In this document: one piece after another, positions 59,025 through 64,000 of the stretch
How the letters are laid out: each line of letters opens with the position of its first letter
Numbering within the stretch: the stretch's first letter is position 1
Assembly (NCBI GenBank): GCA_023150835.1
Contig: JAKLKB010000016.1
Coordinates: 1 to 64,000 of the forward strand
DNA: 64,000 bases
Source of the DNA: Myxococcota bacterium
Lineage (GTDB): Bacteria > Myxococcota_C > UBA6777
Reading direction: 5' to 3'
Translations under genes and position numbers: made by a program
The notes under the pieces: generated by a model
Told to the model about the DNA's origin: nothing
What the model saw: only the letters and a program-made list of their open reading frames with translations
The model's database searches: none

Positions 59025-60422
59025 CTAAGGCGCGGTCGAGCAGCGCGAGCGTACGCACGTGGTCAATCCTTTGGAATAACAGTCATTTCTTTTGCACTCG
59101 GTATCGCTGAAACAAGAGGAAGGACAAAGACAAGTATCGTCAGGGATCCCGTCGCAATCTTCGTCGACGCCGTTTCCAGTCTGCCCAGCCCCGCATTGTT
59201 CGGGCTTTGGCGTAATCTCGCCTAAACAATTGCTCCATTTTCCATCGATACACTCGCGATATCCAGAAGAACAAGGCGGATTTTTCGGATGAACGGAAGA
59301 GCACTCTACCCGAAGGACGCCTCCTGATGGCCGATTGTCCACTCTTCCATCGCAGTCGTCATCGAACCCGTTGCACTCTTCTTCTTTTGGCTTATCGAAC
59401 TCGCATACGACCCGACCATCGATACATTTGGGGACTCCTGTCGCGCAAGCACCGAGCTTTTGCGTATCCTTGCAGACTCCCGTTGGATATTCAGGAAAAT
59501 ACCACGGAGGCTCGTCGGTTTGACCGTCGTCGTTGTTGTCTTTGCCATCGCACAACTCCAGGCGACAAAAAGCCCCGTTATCGATTTTCCCGTCGCAGTC
59601 ATCATCGATCTTGTTTCCGCAGATCTCTTCTTTCGGAGTGATCGCTCCACGACACGGCTCCCATCGACCATTTTCGCAGTATTGCCCACCCACAGCACAA
59701 GGCCCCTTGCATTCGTAATCTGCGCCGCCTCGCAGCACGCATCCTGCGGTGTCTGCGGGGTAGCAAGGGCGGAACAGCAGACTTAGATACTCTTTCCCAT
59801 ACGGATCTTTTTTCTTGACTCGGTCGATCAATCCGTCACAATCGTCGTCTTCGTTGTTGCACTCTTCGGGCTTTGGAAGGATCTGCTCACGGCAGGCCGT
59901 CCACTTTCCATCCTGACAGTTGCGGATGCCGCCTTTGCATCGCGCCCCGTCACGCAGCGTTCCTTCGGGTCCGTCGTAGCAACTTTGCGGCGTATCGGGG
60001 TCGAGTCCTTCGTCGATCTGGCCGTCGCAATTGTCGTCGTGACCGTTGCAATCTTCCTCCACAGCTTTGCAGACATATCTCCCGCCTTCGCAACGTTGAA
60101 CACCACAGGACTTGTCGTACTTAGGCGTGGAAGAGCAAAGGATCTCGCCTTCTTTTTTTTGGGGGATCAGCCCTTCATCGATCTGGCCGTTGCAGTTGTT
60201 GTCCAGACCGTCGCAGATCTCCTCACCGATCGGTACTTTTGTAGACTGGCAGATCCCAAGCGTGCTTGGATCGCTGTCGCGCTTACAGCAAAACAAGCCA
60301 GAGCCAAAAGCCCCCAAACACTCTTCGCTGTGTTGGCACTTTCGCCCTTGCAAGCGCAACTCCTCCACCGCTGGGGATATCGTGCAACTCCACAGCAAAA
60401 AAACAAACCAGCCACAAGCCAT
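59025..60422 (-). CDS. Cys-rich lipoprotein with DxDCDG (MopE-related) repeats, paralogous to 47164-49500; start may be slightly upstream
   Basis: LWSC; EICDGLDNNCNGQIDE, PKPEECNNEDDDCDGLID, CYDGPEGTL. Confidence 0.85.
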   Translation of the reverse strand: MACGWFVFLLWSCTISPAVEELRLQGRKCQHSEECLGAFGSGLFCCKRDSDPSTLGICQSTKVPIGEEICDGLDNNCNGQIDEGLIPQKKEGEILCSSTPKYDKSCGVQRCEGGRYVCKAVEEDCNGHDDNCDGQIDEGLDPDTPQSCYDGPEGTLRDGARCKGGIRNCQDGKWTACREQILPKPEECNNEDDDCDGLIDRVKKKDPYGKEYLSLLFRPCYPADTAGCVLRGGADYECKGPCAVGGQYCENGRWEPCRGAITPKEEICGNKIDDDCDGKIDNGAFCRLELCDGKDNNDDGQTDEPPWYFPEYPTGVCKDTQKLGACATGVPKCIDGRVVCEFDKPKEEECNGFDDDCDGRVDNRPSGGVLRVECSSVHPKNPPCSSGYRECIDGKWSNCLGEITPKPEQCGAGQTGNGVDEDCDGIPDDTCLCPSSCFSDTECKRNDCYSKGLTTCVRSRCSTAP

Positions 60423-60630
60423 CTTGAAGTACAGGCTGCGTCGCCTCTTTGCTTTCACCCAAGCACCATCCTTCCCACGCTCCGAGAGATCCCATACAGA
60501 CCACTCTCCCAAAGACTCACGACACGATCCGTTTCACACAGGCCCCTATCTTAGCCTGCTTTGTTTGGAAAACAACCTCTTTCTTCTGCAACAAAACGAT
60601 GACAACCTTTTTCACCCACAAGCCCAAGGA

Positions 60631-60818
60631 GCGCAGATCACTTTCTTGCCCACAAACAAGCACACGCGGCGCAGATCACTTTCTTGCCCACAAACAAGCA
60701 CACGCGGCGCAGATCACCTTTTTCATGCACAAGCAAGCACACGCGGCGCAGATCACCTTTTTCATGCACAAACAGGCAAAAGTCGCGCAGATCACTCTTT
60801 TTGTGTACGAGCAAGCAC
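60631..60818. repeat. Five 38-39-bp tandem repeats, each beginning GCGCAGATCAC
   Basis: Units start at 60631, 60669, 60707, 60746 and 60785. Confidence 0.9.
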
Positions 60819-60935
60819 GGATCGCGTTCTCGTTCATGCACAACGCGAGCACGATCCTTTTTTTTTTTCGTGAGAAACATCACACGATCAAAAATAAACA
60901 TAGATTTATCAAGTGGATATAGTTTTATTTTTTCG

Positions 60936-60950
60936 AGGCACAAAGATTGC
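60936..60950 (+). promoter_or_regulatory. Sigma54 -24/-12 promoter
   Basis: AGGCACAAAGATTGC, 81 bp before the ATG at 61032, preceded by an AT-rich tract. Confidence 0.7.
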
Positions 60951-61031
60951 CCTAGTGCGAAAGCGTCGGCAGCAAAAAAGATTGCAAAAAGAAAAAGCTG
61001 ACAAAAAAGCAAACCAACAAAGGAGACGATC

Positions 61032-61313
61032 ATGAAAGCACAATCCACGGCCATCCTGACAAGCGCAACCACTTTGATTGTCGGCGCTGCTTTTGCAGCC
61101 TGTGTTGCCCTCAGCGTCTCCAAGCCCCAAGCAACACAACGCATCAAAAGCGCCCCCGCTACGGCACAAACCGTCACCTTCACAGAACAAGAAGTTCCTC
61201 ATGTGATGGGTTATCCTCAACGTCGGATCCAAACCGTTTCTTTCGAAGAAAAAGAAGTTCCGATGGTCTTGATCGAGCGCCCATCGAAGCCTGCGACCCT
61301 CGCACGAAAATAA
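61032..61313 (+). CDS. Small exported protein with two internal repeats
   Basis: AAGGAG RBS; hydrophobic N-terminus; QTVTFTEQEVPHV / QTVSFEEKEVPMV. Confidence 0.75.
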   Translation: MKAQSTAILTSATTLIVGAAFAACVALSVSKPQATQRIKSAPATAQTVTFTEQEVPHVMGYPQRRIQTVSFEEKEVPMVLIERPSKPATLARK

Positions 61314-61401
61314 AACATCTTTTTTCTCTCAACAAAAATTCCCACTAAAAAAGGTTCTGAAAAACGCCTTAAAAAAGGCAACACACGAAAGGAAAAAAGC
61401 C

Positions 61402-62118
61402 ATGAAAAAGCAACATGCACTGATGACCGTGACGATGGGATTGAGCTGCTGGTTTCTTGCTGCTTGCGGGGTGGGTCCCGCCCCCGATGCGCCCCAGACC
61501 TCTGCCGCCCAATACGTCCAAGGTCTCGGCCTCGTACTCAAAAAAGATGCCCCCTTCGCGAAACTCCGCGACCAACTGACGCTCACTGCCCAACTCATGC
61601 TGACGCCGATGCAACGAGGCCCCTTTCAAATGAACCCTCAAAATGGCCTCGCTCCCGAGCAAACCGTGCCTGAATCCTTGGAGGTTCCGCTCCGCTTGAA
61701 CCAAGAATACACCGCACCGATGCGAAACGATATCCAGATCCCCGGAACCGCAGCCTTGCGACGCTGCGAGCCCAAACGCGAAGGTATCGTGACTTCCCGC
61801 GATCCACAAGACTGGAGCTGCGGAGAGCCGATGGAGAAAAATCCCGCTGATCCCGCATCACTCCAGATCTTTTGGGAACTCCAAGACAACCATGCCAAAA
61901 AGCTGGCCCGATTGTTCCTCTTCGCAAACCAACGCAACATCGAGCTCCTCGGCATCGGCGAAAATCCAAGCATCGCAGACCACGCTTCCAACGAAGAATT
62001 CACGGTGCTCTATCTCAAACCCTCTGAAGCTGGAACTTACACCCAAACCTTCTTCCTCAAGCATGAACAAACACTTTTCCGCCTCGATATCCACTACAAT
62101 ATCTATAACCTCCGATAA
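61402..62118 (+). CDS. Hypothetical lipoprotein
   Basis: LAAC lipobox; AAGGA RBS. Confidence 0.75.
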   Translation: MKKQHALMTVTMGLSCWFLAACGVGPAPDAPQTSAAQYVQGLGLVLKKDAPFAKLRDQLTLTAQLMLTPMQRGPFQMNPQNGLAPEQTVPESLEVPLRLNQEYTAPMRNDIQIPGTAALRRCEPKREGIVTSRDPQDWSCGEPMEKNPADPASLQIFWELQDNHAKKLARLFLFANQRNIELLGIGENPSIADHASNEEFTVLYLKPSEAGTYTQTFFLKHEQTLFRLDIHYNIYNLR

Positions 62119-62152
62119 TCCCCTTCGTTTTCCTCCCCCGATCTTCCCCTGC

Positions 62153-63595
62153 TCAACTTTTTTTGTTTAAACCATACTTGCGCATTCGATTATAAGCCCA
62201 CCCTTTTGTAATCCCGAGAGCTTCCGCAGCGTGCGGGACATCCCACCGATACAGTTCCAAAGCATCCAACAACAAGCGCTGTTCGACTTCTTCGAGAGTT
62301 TCTTTGAGGGGGCGGACTTGCCCGTTTAGTAGCGGCGAGAGCGAAACCACTCGGTTGCCATCCGAAGCTTGCAAAAAAGAATGTCCCTCTTTCAATGAAG
62401 GGGCATGACTCTCAGCGCGGCTGTCTTCTTCGATCGGAAACAGATTAAAATCTTCGGGTTCGAGGACGGGGCCGTCCGCCATCGCAGCGGTCCCTTCAAG
62501 AGCGTTTTTCAGCTGGCGGACGTTTCCGGGCCAGATGTAGGACGAAAACATCTCCAACGTCGCCTGAGAAAGCAACAACGGTCGCCCGTCTGAAAAGAGC
62601 GGTAACCATTGCTCACACAACAAAGGGATATCTTCTCGACGCTCACGCAGCGGAGGAACGTCAAGGTGGACTACCGAGATGCGATAAAACAGATCGGATC
62701 GAAAGTGATTCTTTTTGACCTCCTCTCGCAGATCGCGGTTGGTAGCGGCGATCAGACGAAAATCAACAGCGCATTGTGACCCTCCGATGGGTCGAATCTT
62801 TTTTTCGGACAAAACAGAAAGCAATTTTTTTTGTGCATCTGGACTCAGTTCTCCAAGTTCGTCAAGAAAAAGAGTGCCTCCATCTGCTTGTTCAAAGAAG
62901 CCCTTGTGGGCTTTGTTTGCACCCGTAAAAGCATCTTTTACATAACCGAACATCTCGGATTCAAAGAGGTTCTCCGGGATCGCGCCGCAGTTCACTTCGA
63001 CAAAAGGCCCCTCGGCTCGCTTGCTTTGAAGGTGGAGAGCCTTTGCGACGCTGGTCTTTCCAACGCCCGTTTCGCCTGTCAACAAGACGGCCACTTCACG
63101 ATCGCCCAAGCGCTCAATCAAAGAAAAGATCTTTCGCATCGCAGGGCTTTGACCGAGAAGAGAGCCACTTTTGTCTTGGAAATGGATCTGGATATCGCGC
63201 TTGCGTTGTTGGGAGCGCAACTCCAACACAGTATCCCCGATCTTTAATCGAACCCCGGGAACAAGATAGCCTTCTAATATCTGGACTTCGTTGACAAAGA
63301 TGCCGTTGCGGCTTTGCAGATCGCGGATATGCAAACCTTTTTCTGTAATGCGTAGCTGACAATGCGTCGAGCTGACCATCTTATCTTCTTTCAAACAGAG
63401 TTCGCACCAATCTCCTCGCCCGGCGTGGATGATCTCATGCTCCAATTGGAGGATCTCTCCTTTATTCGGGCCGTGGACAACGGCCAAAGACAGCGCATCG
63501 ACCGAGAGTTTGGAAAAACGTGATCGATGCGCTCCTTCGTCGATCATCGTCGTGTTCGCGTCCTTGGTTCGGCGGATCTGCATTTTTTCGTCCAT
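62153..63595 (-). CDS. FHA-domain sigma54-dependent enhancer-binding protein
   Basis: FHA (GR..VSSTH..DLQSRNG), GETGVGK, ESEMFG..AFTGA, LFLDE, WPGNVRQL, Fis-type HTH. Confidence 0.93.
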   Translation of the reverse strand: MDEKMQIRRTKDANTTMIDEGAHRSRFSKLSVDALSLAVVHGPNKGEILQLEHEIIHAGRGDWCELCLKEDKMVSSTHCQLRITEKGLHIRDLQSRNGIFVNEVQILEGYLVPGVRLKIGDTVLELRSQQRKRDIQIHFQDKSGSLLGQSPAMRKIFSLIERLGDREVAVLLTGETGVGKTSVAKALHLQSKRAEGPFVEVNCGAIPENLFESEMFGYVKDAFTGANKAHKGFFEQADGGTLFLDELGELSPDAQKKLLSVLSEKKIRPIGGSQCAVDFRLIAATNRDLREEVKKNHFRSDLFYRISVVHLDVPPLRERREDIPLLCEQWLPLFSDGRPLLLSQATLEMFSSYIWPGNVRQLKNALEGTAAMADGPVLEPEDFNLFPIEEDSRAESHAPSLKEGHSFLQASDGNRVVSLSPLLNGQVRPLKETLEEVEQRLLLDALELYRWDVPHAAEALGITKGWAYNRMRKYGLNKKS

Positions 63596-63928
63596 ACGTA
63601 CTTCCCTCTTTGCCCTCTATGACACGAAACTTCCTAAAGCAAGATGCCCTTTGCACAGCATCGGACGTTGCGATACAGCGATCGACAACCAACACACCGT
63701 GTATACAACAAGCGATTCGCCTTCTCAAGGCACCATTCGGACTTATGCGGTTGAACGATTTTGTGGGGCGGGGTACCACACCCCGCCTCCTTACCTTGGC
63801 TGTGCCCTGAACCATCGAGCAAACGACGATCGAACAAGGCTCGCAAAAAACAACGAGACGAATAGAGATTTGCTCGATCGGAACCATTTGCAGATGCGGT
63901 GTCTGATACAAGAACCTGTGAACTCTTG

Positions 63929-64000
63929 ATAGGACTTACGCAGTTGAAAAGGGAAACCCTGAGATATCAGAACGTTGTAGGGGCGATTCGCGAACCGCCC
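63929..64000 (+). mobile_element. MITE related to 54648-54765, truncated by the window end
   Basis: ATAGGACTTACGCAGTTGAAAAGGGAAA..TTGTAGGGGCGATTCGCGAACCGCCC. Confidence 0.75.

Noticed and set aside
47164-60422. Diversity-generating retroelement, shufflon or RiPP cluster behind the Cys-rich paralogs
   Set aside because: No reverse transcriptase, recombinase or modifying enzyme, and no near-identical template/variable repeat pair seen.
60631-60818. Possible CRISPR or mini-array
   Set aside because: Whole units are similar to each other, so there is no repeat-spacer alternation.

Overview
A bacterial chromosomal window, most likely from a Myxococcota (myxobacterium-like) genome. The evidence is a MYXO-CTERM-like tail, many Cys-rich lipoproteins, a zinc-ribbon Ser/Thr kinase and an FHA-sigma54 activator. 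The left half is mostly housekeeping: ahcY, a cNMP-binding protein, an ArsA-like ATPase pair, comEC, gap, a Rieske ferredoxin, gshB, a YceF-type Maf, an M16 peptidase, PTS enzyme I and an FNR-like reductase. Surface proteins are interspersed: two Cys-rich/NHL lipoproteins, a BPI/LBP-like lipoprotein and a FadL-like porin. Two accessory loci stand out. (1) 36.6-42.9 kb: a signal-peptide-less Thr/Ser/Lys-rich protein, two paralogous TPR proteins and a methyltransferase resembling rickettsial surface-protein lysine methyltransferases. (2) 44.5-63.6 kb: a mirror-symmetric island of six paralogous collagen/Cys-rich lipoproteins in two divergent triplets. Each triplet is capped by a convergent DxDCDG-repeat lipoprotein, and the island is bracketed by a Ser/Thr kinase and an FHA-sigma54 activator, with two good sigma54 promoter matches inside it. 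Intergenic DNA carries REP-containing MITE-like elements of two body types. I recognised no rRNA, tRNA, CRISPR array, transposase or integrase. All product calls come from motif recognition by eye, not database searches.
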